Shown here: in pieces, positions 1 through 9,868 of the stretch
How positions within the stretch are numbered: the stretch's first letter is position 1
How the letters are laid out: every line of letters starts with the position of its first letter
Assembly: GCA_947566125.1 (NCBI GenBank)
Contig: CANOIR010000003.1
Coordinates: 3,239 to 67,238, forward strand
Source: an uncultured Ruminococcus sp.
Lineage (GTDB): Bacteria; Bacillota; Clostridia; Oscillospirales; Ruminococcaceae
Reading direction: 5' to 3'
Length of the DNA stretch: 64,000 nucleotides
Translations under genes and position numbers: made by a program
Notes under the pieces: generated by a model
The model's database searches: none
What the model saw: the letters and a program-made list of their open reading frames with translations, nothing else
What the model was told of the DNA's origin: nothing

Positions 1-470
1 GGAGCGTAAATCTTCATATCAAGCAGATCTTCCTGAACATCAAGACAGCGTACATGAACATAGTATCCATGTTTTGAAGGAATATATTCTATCTTAACTT
101 CTCCTTCACGTTTTAGCCTTTCGAAATATTTAAGAGCACATAATACTATTTTATCACGATATGCTTTGCTTACACAATCACGAAGCTGCTTTGCACACTG
201 GATACCTTCTCCAGCAAGAATATATGCCGGCTTACCATCATCTGTTTTAGTTAGAACTATAGAACCATTCTTTTCAAGATATGAAATCGATTCCTGATAG
301 AAAAAATAATTTATTATATTATTGCTTACAGCAATATCATAAAGGTGTGCCTTTTCAATAGGACGGTCAATCTTATAAAGCAAATAACAGATAAGTATAC
401 TTGCCGTATATGTTTCCATAATGGGCGGAGTTGCCCTTTCGGACATTTTCATCAAATTTTCTTCCTGCAT
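1..470 (-). CDS. DUF4364-like winged-helix hypothetical protein, truncated by window edge
   Basis: Not in ORF track. Manual translation from ATG at 470 (GGAGG RBS upstream) gives MQEENLMKMSERATPPIMETYTASILICYLLYKIDRPIEKAHLYDIAVSNNIINYFFYQESISYLEKNG..., open to base 1. Family assigned by recalled resemblance only. Confidence 0.65.
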   Translation of the reverse strand, partial: MQEENLMKMSERATPPIMETYTASILICYLLYKIDRPIEKAHLYDIAVSNNIINYFFYQESISYLEKNGSIVLTKTDDGKPAYILAGEGIQCAKQLRDCVSKAYRDKIVLCALKYFERLKREGEVKIEYIPSKHGYYVHVRCLDVQEDLLDMKIYA

Positions 471-506
471 CGAATTCGCCTCCGGTCAATAATTTCAAGT
501 TGCTAA

Positions 507-1598
507 TTAAAAATGAGGATAATTCATCATATGAGAAAGAATAGCAATATTGACAGCTGCTTCAACACACGGAACAGCTCTTGGTACTATGCACGGATCA
601 TGTCTGCCTTTTACCTCTAATATCTCATTTTTCTTTTCCCTGAAATCAACTGTTTCCTGAGGCTTGGCTATTGATGCCGTAGGTTTTATTGCAACATTAA
701 GAGTAATTGGCATTCCGGAAGAAATGCCTCCAAGTATTCCACCATGGTTATTTGTCTTTGTCTTCACTCTGCCGTTTTCATCAATATAAAAATTGTCATT
801 ATCCTGACTGCCCACCATTTCAGCGACCTTAAAACCTGCACCAAATTCCAGACCCTTTACTGCCGGTATTCCAAATACAAGCTGTGCAATAGAATTTTCA
901 AGTCCCTCAAACATAGGCGAACCGATTCCAGCAGGAACATTTACGCAAGCACATTCTATAATACCACCTAATGACTCACAGCCTTCTCTAGCTTTCAGTA
1001 TATCTTCACGCATCGCCTGTCCTTGTTCATCATTTATAACCGGAAAATCTTTTTTACGAACATCAAGCAGATCAGCTTTTGAAACATTAGTTGTATTGAA
1101 CATATCATCCTTGATACCATGTATAGAAGCGATATGAGCACCTGTATAGATACCCCTTCTTTCCAATATCTGACCGCAGACCGCACCTGCAAAACAAAGC
1201 GGTGCTGTTAGTCTTCCTGAAAAATGACCGCCACCTCTTACATCATTAAATCCTTGATACCTAACCGCACCGGTATAATCAGCATGACCAGGTCTTGGAA
1301 GTCTTGACAAATTGCTATAATCCTTTGAACGTGTATCTGTATTCTGAATCATCGCACAAAGCGGTGCACCTGTTGTTCTCTCATTAAGCACACCTGACAT
1401 TATCTGCGGAAGATCTTTTTCTCCCCTTGGCGTGGTAGTGCCGTCCTTTTTGGGTGCACGGCGTGACATAAAATGCAGCAGCTTGTCTTTGTCTATATAT
1501 TCTCCCGGCGGCAGATTATCTATTACAATGCCGATTGCCGGACCATGAGATTCCCCAAAAATTGAAAATGTAATGCGGTTATTCCAGAACGATGACAT
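507..1598 (-). CDS. aroC: Chorismate synthase
   Basis: IFGESHG, RPGHADY, RGGGHFSGRLTA and GRHDPCIVPRA motifs. Confidence 0.97.
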   Translation of the reverse strand: MSSFWNNRITFSIFGESHGPAIGIVIDNLPPGEYIDKDKLLHFMSRRAPKKDGTTTPRGEKDLPQIMSGVLNERTTGAPLCAMIQNTDTRSKDYSNLSRLPRPGHADYTGAVRYQGFNDVRGGGHFSGRLTAPLCFAGAVCGQILERRGIYTGAHIASIHGIKDDMFNTTNVSKADLLDVRKKDFPVINDEQGQAMREDILKAREGCESLGGIIECACVNVPAGIGSPMFEGLENSIAQLVFGIPAVKGLEFGAGFKVAEMVGSQDNDNFYIDENGRVKTKTNNHGGILGGISSGMPITLNVAIKPTASIAKPQETVDFREKKNEILEVKGRHDPCIVPRAVPCVEAAVNIAILSHMMNYPHF

Positions 1599-1838
1599 AT
1601 TACTTCCTCCCGATTTTTAACTTTAAAGTGATAACATTACCATTTATTATTTTATATTATAACATAGACATTACAGGATTTCAATAGTTTTTCTTTTTTT
1701 AATATGTTCATATGAAAAATAAATACATTCAAGAGCCAATCACCAATTGTTCATAACTGATGATTAAAAATCTGCACTGTTTTATTTATATTTTTATTAT
1801 TTGATTAAAATTTACAATATTTGCTGCTTGCCAAGTTT

Positions 1839-2615
1839 TTATATATAAATTTCTGCTATAGAAAAAAGTGCTGCCTTTCCGCTTAATAAAATTCTACCTT
1901 CATTATAACGGCAATAAAGTATACCGCCACGTGAAGATGCCTGATATGCTGTAAGCTCTGTTTTTCCCAACTTTTTTGTCCAAATCGGAACGACATGACA
2001 ATGACCTCTTCCGCATACAGGATCTTCTGCAACTCCAAATTTTGGTGCAAAGCTGCGTGTTACACAATCATATCTGTCACCCTTTGCAGTAATATGAAAA
2101 CAAGCACCACCTAAGCTTTTTATAATAGCTTGATTTGGTATTATGCTTCTAACTTGTTTTTCACTTTCAAGCACACACACAATATCATCGCCCATGTAAG
2201 CTTCCTTAGGTTTAACACCGATTGCATTTATAATTTCATCGGTAGTTTCAATAGCTTTTAGTTTATATGACGGAAAATCCATTGTCATCAAATCACCGCT
2301 TTTATTTACAGTTAAAAGACCGCTTAATGTATCAAAGCAAATTTTACTACAACCAGGTTCTATAAATCGAGTAATAATATAAGCGGTTGCCAGTGTTGCA
2401 TGACCGCAAAGTTCAACTTCACCGCCCGGTGTAAACCAACGTAAATGATAATGTTCACCCTCTTTAACTGCAAAAGCTGTTTCTGACAAGTTATTTTCCA
2501 AAGCGATTTTTTGCATTATTTCATCAGAAATCCATTTTTTCATAATACAAACAGCAGCTGGATTTCCTGTAAAAACTTTATCAGTAAAGGCATCTACAAC
2601 ATATTGTTTCATCAT
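1839..2615 (-). CDS. PhzF-family isomerase/epimerase
   Basis: VDAFT..FTGNPAAV, NLSETAF, RWFTP..EVELCGHAT and EDPVCG motifs. Confidence 0.9.
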   Translation of the reverse strand: MMKQYVVDAFTDKVFTGNPAAVCIMKKWISDEIMQKIALENNLSETAFAVKEGEHYHLRWFTPGGEVELCGHATLATAYIITRFIEPGCSKICFDTLSGLLTVNKSGDLMTMDFPSYKLKAIETTDEIINAIGVKPKEAYMGDDIVCVLESEKQVRSIIPNQAIIKSLGGACFHITAKGDRYDCVTRSFAPKFGVAEDPVCGRGHCHVVPIWTKKLGKTELTAYQASSRGGILYCRYNEGRILLSGKAALFSIAEIYI

Positions 2616-2637
2616 TAATTCCCATTACTTTCAAACT

Positions 2638-3681
2638 TTATTTTTCCATCCACGCTGAAAATGAATCAAACGGCATTGTATGGATCTCTGCTTTGCCGAT
2701 AGTTTTACATACAATAAACCTAAGCTGACTTGCAGCACGCTTTTTATCTTTACCGCAAAGTGGAACAAGTTCTTTTATATCAGCAGGTACATCGGTGGGG
2801 AGATTATATGCCCTTACGCAATCTTTAAGCTTATTTGCAATTTCAGCATCACAAGTTTTATCCGACATCATGCACATACCAACAGCAACCGCACTTCCAT
2901 GACTGTAAGTTTCATAATGATAATAGCTTTCTATAGCATGCCCCAAAGTATGACCGAAGTTTAAAATCATTCTCTCTCCTGTATCAAACTCGTCCATTTC
3001 TACAACATCACGCTTTATACTTATACAGTTAGCAATAATATCTGTAATATCCGCCCATATGCTTTCCTGATCATGCTTTGCAATAAGCTCAAAAAGCTTT
3101 TCATCACGTATCATACCATATTTTATAACTTCACCCATACCATCTGAGAAAATTTCAGAAGTAAGAGTTCTGAGCGTTTCAGGATCACATATTACACATA
3201 AAGGCTGCTTAAATGCACCAACAAGATTCTTTCCGCCTTTAAGGTCAATAGCAGTTTTTCCGCCAACTGATGAATCTACTTGTGCAAGAAGTGTTGTAGG
3301 TATCTGAACAAAATCCATTCCTCTTAAAAACGTAGCTGCTGCAAATCCTGTAATATCGCCAACTACACCACCGCCCAATGCAACCAAGCAGTCAGTTCTT
3401 GTTATACTGTTTTCACATAAAAAATCATATATCTCAACAAGTGTATCTGCACATTTTGAAGTTTCTCCATGAGGAAAAACAAATTTTATAATATCAAATC
3501 CTGCTTTGGAAATAGAATCTTCCACAACTTTGCCATACAAATCATTTACCATATCATCTGTAATAATCGCTATCTTCTGTGCCTTTGTTTTTTCTTTTAT
3601 AATATCTCCGCATGATTTTATAAGACCTTCCTGAATAAGAATATCATATTCAGTGCTTGCATGAACTGTAATCTTCTTCAT
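2638..3681 (-). CDS. aroB: 3-dehydroquinate synthase
   Basis: ALGGGVVGDITGF, PTTLLAQVDSSVGGKT, KNLVGAF and LNFGHTLGHAIE motifs. Confidence 0.97.
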   Translation of the reverse strand: MKKITVHASTEYDILIQEGLIKSCGDIIKEKTKAQKIAIITDDMVNDLYGKVVEDSISKAGFDIIKFVFPHGETSKCADTLVEIYDFLCENSITRTDCLVALGGGVVGDITGFAAATFLRGMDFVQIPTTLLAQVDSSVGGKTAIDLKGGKNLVGAFKQPLCVICDPETLRTLTSEIFSDGMGEVIKYGMIRDEKLFELIAKHDQESIWADITDIIANCISIKRDVVEMDEFDTGERMILNFGHTLGHAIESYYHYETYSHGSAVAVGMCMMSDKTCDAEIANKLKDCVRAYNLPTDVPADIKELVPLCGKDKKRAASQLRFIVCKTIGKAEIHTMPFDSFSAWMEK

Positions 3682-3941
3682 AATGCATCCCTCAATTCTA
3701 AACAGTTATTATCATTATTATTATACTCAACTTACATTATTATGTCAAGAATACAATTATAACTTATAAAACTTACAACCACAACATATTATCATATTTA
3801 TAATAATATAAGCAATACTAAAAAGATCACACCTCTGCATATTTTTTGAAAAAACTATGGTAATTATAATTTAAATATGATATAATATCATTGTGTATAT
3901 GTTGCACGCAATAATTTAGAAAGGAATAAGAGAATTATAAT

Positions 3942-5231
3942 ATGTCAGCTTCATACAAAAGATCTATGCTTTCGGAATCCATCGGATTTAATGCGATAGT
4001 TGACCCGAAATTCAAAACGAATGCTATAAATGTGCGTTTTATACTGCCCATTTCAAAAGAACGAAGTGCTGGCTATGCCTTAGCTGCCAGTCTTTTAACT
4101 ACTAGCTGCCAGAAATATCCATCTGTAACTCTGCTGAACAGAAAAATGAACAGACTCTACTGCGGCTCTGCCAGCGTAAGCATCAATAAACTTGGTAATT
4201 ATCAGGTGATAAACGTGTCATTCTCTGCTTTATGCAATTGCTATGCACTTGAGAATGAAGACATCCTTGGCGAGCTTTTGGATATTGCAGAAAACTGCCT
4301 TCTCTATCCAAATATCGAAGACGGAGGCTTTTCAAAAAATGAATATGCGATCAAATATAAAGATTTACTTGATACAATCGAGGCGGAAATAAATGATAAA
4401 CGTGACTATACACTAAAAAAATGTATGGGAATCGCTTATAAAAACGAAATATCCGCATTTTCAAGCTATGGTCAAAAGGAAGATGTTTTAAAACTTACTC
4501 CGCAAAGCACATATGATGCCTATAAAGAACTTTTAAGCACATCGGCAATTGAAATATTTCTTGTATCTCCAAAGCCTGAACCATCTGTTGCTGATAAGTT
4601 TAAAAAGATTTTCTCTGCTGCAAATCGTGAAAATCCTATGACTTTACCATCATTTATAACACCAAGTCCGCTAAAAAGTAAGCCGGAAGAATTTACAGAA
4701 GTACTTCCTGTTACTCAATGCAAAATGGCTATGGCATTTAAAACAGATTGTGACCAGGTTTACACTATGATGCTTTTAAATATGTTATATGGTGCTACAC
4801 CATTTTCATTGCTGTTTTCAAATGTTCGTGAAAAATTAAGCCTGTGCTACTACTGTTTAAGTTCTTACAGCGAAACAAAACAGACTCTAATTGTTGACTG
4901 CGGTGTTTTGAAATCAAACATCGAAACGGCTAAGGCTGAAATTATAAAACAACTTGAAAATATCGCAAATGGTGAATTTTCAGACGAACTTTTAGAGAAT
5001 ACTCGTATGTCTGCATATAACTCTATTAAATCATTAGGTGCTACATCTTCATCATATGTGAGATGGTATTTTACAAATATTATTCGCAATGAAAATAGAA
5101 CTGTTGAAAGTGCTATTGCCAAGTTTAAAGCAGTAACCCGTGAGCAGATCATGGCAGCAGCTGCATCTCTTAAACTGGATACTGTTTATATACTTGAAGC
5201 ATCTTCAGAGGAGGAAAGCGTTAATGAGTAA
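3942..5231 (+). CDS. M16-family peptidase-like protein lacking the HxxEH motif (YfmF-like)
   Basis: KFKTN, LYGATPFSLLFSNVREKLSLCYY motif typical of the non-catalytic partner, paired with a downstream HFLEH paralog. Confidence 0.8.
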   Translation: MSASYKRSMLSESIGFNAIVDPKFKTNAINVRFILPISKERSAGYALAASLLTTSCQKYPSVTLLNRKMNRLYCGSASVSINKLGNYQVINVSFSALCNCYALENEDILGELLDIAENCLLYPNIEDGGFSKNEYAIKYKDLLDTIEAEINDKRDYTLKKCMGIAYKNEISAFSSYGQKEDVLKLTPQSTYDAYKELLSTSAIEIFLVSPKPEPSVADKFKKIFSAANRENPMTLPSFITPSPLKSKPEEFTEVLPVTQCKMAMAFKTDCDQVYTMMLLNMLYGATPFSLLFSNVREKLSLCYYCLSSYSETKQTLIVDCGVLKSNIETAKAEIIKQLENIANGEFSDELLENTRMSAYNSIKSLGATSSSYVRWYFTNIIRNENRTVESAIAKFKAVTREQIMAAAASLKLDTVYILEASSEEESVNE

Positions 5232-6546
5232 AACAACAACTAAAACTATTATTAAAAGCAACATCACAGGAGATACCTGCATTAAAATAAGCCATTCAAG
5301 CGGACTTACTATTTATGTTGCTGAAATGGAAGGTTTTTCTACAACTCATGCTTTATTCGCTACAAAATATGGCTCTATAAATACAAAATTTAAGACTTGC
5401 CATGATGATGATTACTGTACTGTGCCTGAAGGCATTGCTCATTTTCTGGAGCATAAGCTTTTTGAAAACGAAGATTGCGATGTATTCAACCTATATGCTA
5501 AAACGGGTGCAAATGCTAATGCATACACATCCTTTGACAGAACTTGCTATCTTTTCAGCTGCTCTGACCACTATAAAGAATCACTTGAAATACTGCTTTC
5601 ATTTGTGCAAAATCCTTATTTCACTCCCGAAAGCGTACAAAAAGAGCTTGGCATAATCGGACAGGAAATACAAATGACAAATGACGATCCGGGCTGGATA
5701 GTACTTTTCAATATGCTTAGAGGTCTTTACCACAATCATCCTGTAAAAATCGACATTGCCGGCACAGAAGAAAGCATTGCACAAATCACAGATACTCTTT
5801 TGTATCGCTGCTATAATACTTTTTATAATCTTCACAATATGGTACTTTCAGTTGCCGGCAACTGCAAAGTTGACGAGGTTTTGGAAATTGCTGACAAGCT
5901 ATTAAAACCTTGTGAATACTTGAGTTTGGAATCAGTATTTCCTGATGAACCGATGTCGATTGTAAAAAATGAAATGGTGGAATATGCAGCAGTTGGTACA
6001 ACAATGTTTTCACTTGGATTCAAATGTGCTCCAAAAGATGGTTTTTGCAGTACAAAAGCAAGAACAGAAGCATATCTTGCAATACAGATACTCGCTAATG
6101 CGTCTTCGGAACTTTATCGCTCACTTATGGATGATGGACTGATAAACAATGTTTTTGCAAGCGAAATATTCAACGGTGACGGATATTTTACAATCATATT
6201 TGAAGGTGAATCACCGGACCCAAATACTGTAAAAGATAGAATTATAGAAGCGATCTATAACGCTAAGAAAAACGGTCTTGATAAAGAACTCTTTGATGAA
6301 GTTTTAAAATCAACATACGGTGAAATGATAATTGATACAAACAATGTAGGCTCTATGGCAAACATCATGTTGAATGCTCATCTAAATGGTGACGATTCTC
6401 CGTTTGATACTATAAAATTATTATCAAAAATGACAATCGATGATGTAAACAGATTCGTATGTGACGAAATAGATCCACAGCTATACTCTCTTTCAATTGT
6501 AAAGAACAGTCAAAACTGTCATGCGGAAGGAGATGTACAGCAATGA
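5224..6546 (+). CDS. M16-family zinc peptidase (YfmH-like)
   Basis: GIAHFLEHKLFE, ANAYTSFDRT and KELGIIGQEI. Start moved to ATG 5224, which overlaps the upstream stop. Confidence 0.88.
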   Translation: MSKTTTKTIIKSNITGDTCIKISHSSGLTIYVAEMEGFSTTHALFATKYGSINTKFKTCHDDDYCTVPEGIAHFLEHKLFENEDCDVFNLYAKTGANANAYTSFDRTCYLFSCSDHYKESLEILLSFVQNPYFTPESVQKELGIIGQEIQMTNDDPGWIVLFNMLRGLYHNHPVKIDIAGTEESIAQITDTLLYRCYNTFYNLHNMVLSVAGNCKVDEVLEIADKLLKPCEYLSLESVFPDEPMSIVKNEMVEYAAVGTTMFSLGFKCAPKDGFCSTKARTEAYLAIQILANASSELYRSLMDDGLINNVFASEIFNGDGYFTIIFEGESPDPNTVKDRIIEAIYNAKKNGLDKELFDEVLKSTYGEMIIDTNNVGSMANIMLNAHLNGDDSPFDTIKLLSKMTIDDVNRFVCDEIDPQLYSLSIVKNSQNCHAEGDVQQ

Positions 6547-7670
6547 GCGAAGAATATTTGAATCTACAGCATGACCAGGTGGCTTTTCCAAAACTTGGGT
6601 TGATATTTGACTTGGACTCCACTGCGTTTACAATATTCGGCGTTGATATTCAATGGTACGGATTGCTGATAACTTTTGGTATGCTGCTTGCAATAATTTT
6701 TGCATTCTCTCAAATGAAACGTTACGGCATAGTTGCTGACCGTGCTATTGACGCTATTATAGGCGGTATTATAGGCGGTATTATAGGTGCAAGAACTTAT
6801 TATGTTATACTTGAATGGGATCAATACAAAGATCACCCTGTAGATATTTTCAATATACGTCTTGGCGGACTGGCTATTTACGGCGGTATAATAGGAGCGA
6901 TCCTTGTTGGCGGAATAGTCGCCAAACTGCGTAAAGTAAAATTGCTGCCTTTGCTTGACATTGTCGGTCAGGGTTTTCTTATAGGACAATGCATTGGAAG
7001 GTGGGGAAATTTCTTTAATCAGGAAGCTTTCGGCTGCAACACCGATTCTATTTTTGGAATGACAGGCGGAAGAATTCAAAGCTGGATCGCTTCTAACTAT
7101 GCAAATACTAACTGCTATAATAATTTGCAGGTTAACTTAGATCCTAGTATGCCTGTACATCCATGCTTTTTATATGAATCAATATGGTGTCTTTTAGGAT
7201 TTATTCTACTTGCAGTTATTGCAAAAAAATGGCGTAAATTTGATGGACAGATCTTCCTTATATACATTGCTTGGTACGGACTTGGACGCTCATTTATAGA
7301 AGGTCTTAGAACTGACAGCCTTGTAATAGGCAATATACGTATTTCTCAGGCCCTGTCAATATTATGTGTGGTCATATCCGTTGCTCTTCTAATTATAATC
7401 GGCTCAAAGGTAAAGAGGCTGGGCAGCGATTATAAACTTTACTGTGAAACGGATGAATCAAAGGAACTTCTTATGCAGGCAAAAAAAGCTCGTTTAAAAG
7501 ATAAGTCTAAATCAAAAACTAATAAAAATATTCAAGAAAAAGAACCTGAAGATAAAGATACTGAAAAATCAACAGATTCTCAAACAGATGAAAACAGTCA
7601 AAAAAATGCAGACAATGCAGACAACATAAATAATGAAACAACTGATGCTGACAAAAACAAGGAGGAATAA
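6543..7670 (+). CDS. lgt: Prolipoprotein diacylglyceryl transferase with charged C-terminal tail
   Basis: WYGLLI, GGLAIYGG, GQCIGRWGNFFNQEAFG, HPCFLYES and EGLRTD motifs. Confidence 0.96.
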   Translation: MSEEYLNLQHDQVAFPKLGLIFDLDSTAFTIFGVDIQWYGLLITFGMLLAIIFAFSQMKRYGIVADRAIDAIIGGIIGGIIGARTYYVILEWDQYKDHPVDIFNIRLGGLAIYGGIIGAILVGGIVAKLRKVKLLPLLDIVGQGFLIGQCIGRWGNFFNQEAFGCNTDSIFGMTGGRIQSWIASNYANTNCYNNLQVNLDPSMPVHPCFLYESIWCLLGFILLAVIAKKWRKFDGQIFLIYIAWYGLGRSFIEGLRTDSLVIGNIRISQALSILCVVISVALLIIIGSKVKRLGSDYKLYCETDESKELLMQAKKARLKDKSKSKTNKNIQEKEPEDKDTEKSTDSQTDENSQKNADNADNINNETTDADKNKEE

Positions 7671-7672
7671 TT

Positions 7673-8533
7673 ATGTCAAAAATCATAAGCGGAAAGATAG
7701 TATCCGCAGAAGTTCGTGAAAGTCTTAAAAAGGAAACAGAGGCACTTATTGAATCCGCAGGAATTCACCCAGGATTGGCAGTAATTCTTGTTGGAAATGA
7801 TCCGGCATCTCAGGTTTATGTACGCAACAAACAGCTTGCCTGTGAAGAACTGGGGTTCCACGCATTTGAGTATAAACTCAGTGAAAACACTACTCAAGAA
7901 CAGCTGCTTGATCTTATCAATATTTTAAATAAAGATAAAAAGGTACATGGTATATTAGTACAGCTTCCTCTTCCGGATCACTTGGACGAAAAATCAGTAC
8001 TCTATTCAATCACACCGGAAAAAGATGTTGACGCATTCCATCCGCTGAATGTAGGCAAAATCATGATAGGAAATTACGATGTACTTCCTTGTACACCGGC
8101 TGGTGTTATGGAAATGATCGATTGGGCTGGAATAGAAATATCCGGAAAAAAATGCGTTGTTGTAGGAAGAAGCAACATTGTTGGCAAACCTATGGCTATG
8201 CTTCTTCTTCAGAGAAGTGGAACTGTAACAATATGTCACTCCAAGACAAAGAACCTAAAGGAAGTATGTGCTGACGCTGATATTCTGGTTGTAGCTATAG
8301 GAAAACCTAAATTCGTCACCGCTGATATGGTAAAGGAAGGTGCAGTTGTAATTGACGTTGGCATTAACAGAGATGAAAACAATAAACTCTGTGGTGATGT
8401 TGATTATGAAAATGTAGAGCCAAAGGCAAGCTTTATAACTCCTGTTCCTGGCGGTGTTGGACCTATGACAATAACAATGCTTATGAAAAACACTCTCCAT
8501 GCAGCTAAACTTCAGAATGGAATTAAAGACTGA
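7673..8533 (+). CDS. folD: Methylenetetrahydrofolate dehydrogenase/cyclohydrolase
   Basis: KDVDAFHP, PCTPAG, GRSNIVGKP and TPVPGGVGPMT motifs. Confidence 0.97.
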   Translation: MSKIISGKIVSAEVRESLKKETEALIESAGIHPGLAVILVGNDPASQVYVRNKQLACEELGFHAFEYKLSENTTQEQLLDLINILNKDKKVHGILVQLPLPDHLDEKSVLYSITPEKDVDAFHPLNVGKIMIGNYDVLPCTPAGVMEMIDWAGIEISGKKCVVVGRSNIVGKPMAMLLLQRSGTVTICHSKTKNLKEVCADADILVVAIGKPKFVTADMVKEGAVVIDVGINRDENNKLCGDVDYENVEPKASFITPVPGGVGPMTITMLMKNTLHAAKLQNGIKD

Positions 8534-8732
8534 AAGCGAGCTGTCGCCAGCTCGACCGCCCTTGGTGATCGAGGAATTGATAATTATAGTCAACGTCAAA
8601 AATAATTTGACGTTGACTATAATAACTTATTTAAACTGCCTCACACATCCGTACGCTTATGCGTGCTACGTGCGAATCGGCAAATAGCAAAAAAGGCTGT
8701 TGCAATTCAAATTTCTGCAACAGCCCTTTTTT
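8534..8732. repeat. Intergenic multi-palindrome element (REP/MITE-like)
   Basis: CGAGCTG-tcgc-CAGCTCG (8537-8554), a perfect 18-bp inverted repeat (8583-8600/8606-8623), and GGCTGTTGCA-N11-TGCAACAGCC (8695-8725), the last shared with 37421-37451. Confidence 0.7.
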
Positions 8733-8757
8733 GTAACTATTTTATTTTGCCTGAATC

Positions 8758-8988
8758 TTATTCAGCAGCGTTGTCAATGTAATTTACAATGTCGCCAACT
8801 GTCTTGATGTTTTCAACATCTTCATCTTCAATCTTAACTTCAAATGCATCTTCAACAGACATTACCAGGTCAACAATATCCAAAGAATCAGCACCGAGAT
8901 CGTCCTGAATATTAGCCTCCATTGTTACCTTGTCTTCCTCAACATCAAGCTGATCTACAATGAGTTCCTTAATCTTGTCAAATGTCAT
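8758..8988 (-). CDS. acpP: Acyl carrier protein
   Basis: [14 protein letters not shown] phosphopantetheine site, 76 aa acidic protein. Confidence 0.97.
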   Translation of the reverse strand: MTFDKIKELIVDQLDVEEDKVTMEANIQDDLGADSLDIVDLVMSVEDAFEVKIEDEDVENIKTVGDIVNYIDNAAE

Positions 8989-9054
8989 TTCAAAATTCCT
9001 CCAAATATTTTATTTTTGGGTCATCTTAACCCAGAATGTATATAATCAATGTGC

Positions 9055-9864
9055 TTAAATAAACACACCAATTTTCCTAAACTTAGTATACCGTTCTTTT
9101 AGCAAAAGGTCAATATCTTTTTTAGATTTTTCCGCAACAATTTTAGCCAAATATTCTTTCATATTTTCTGAGATTTTGTATAAATCGTTTACCACATCTG
9201 TATCAGACTCTGAAATTATTGCTTCTGCTACACCAAATTCAACCATATCTTCAGCAGTTATGTGCAAAACTTCACAAGCTTCCTGTTCACGTGACGCATC
9301 TTTCCAAAGAATAGACGCTGCACCTCTAGGTGAAATAGGTGTATATAGGGCATTCTCAAGCATTGCCAAAGCATCGCATACACCAAGTGCAAGTGCACCG
9401 CCGCTTCCGCCTTCGCTAAGTACAATTGAAATTACCGGCGTTTTAAGTGACATAAACTCCGCAATATTCTTCGCAATAGCTTCGCCCTGTCCACGCTTTT
9501 CGGCTTCTACACCACAGAATGCACCGGGTGTATCTATAAAACAAATAACAGGTCTATGAAACTTCTCTGCCTGACGTGCAAGACGAAGTGCCTTGCGGTA
9601 TCCTTCAGGGTGAGGCATTGCAAAATTAGATGCCTTGTTTTCCTGTATATTTCTACCCTTTACTTCGGCTATGATCGTAACAGGAGTTCCACAAATTCTG
9701 CCTATTCCACCAAGAATAGCTCCATCATCACCTACTCCTCTGTCGCCGTGAAGTTCATAGAAATCCTCAAAAACAAGCGGCAGATAATCACGAATAGTCG
9801 GTCGTGTTTTATCATGAACAATAGCCATTCGTTCCCATGCTGTTCTTGTATTAACTCTTTTCAT
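9055..9864 (-). CDS. accA: Acetyl-CoA carboxylase carboxyltransferase alpha subunit
   Basis: ELHGDR..GDD, HPEGYRKALR, DTPGA and EGGSGGALAL motifs. Start moved to ATG 9864 (GGAGGTG upstream). Confidence 0.93.
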   Translation of the reverse strand: MKRVNTRTAWERMAIVHDKTRPTIRDYLPLVFEDFYELHGDRGVGDDGAILGGIGRICGTPVTIIAEVKGRNIQENKASNFAMPHPEGYRKALRLARQAEKFHRPVICFIDTPGAFCGVEAEKRGQGEAIAKNIAEFMSLKTPVISIVLSEGGSGGALALGVCDALAMLENALYTPISPRGAASILWKDASREQEACEVLHITAEDMVEFGVAEAIISESDTDVVNDLYKISENMKEYLAKIVAEKSKKDIDLLLKERYTKFRKIGVFI

Positions 9865-9868
9865 CGCT

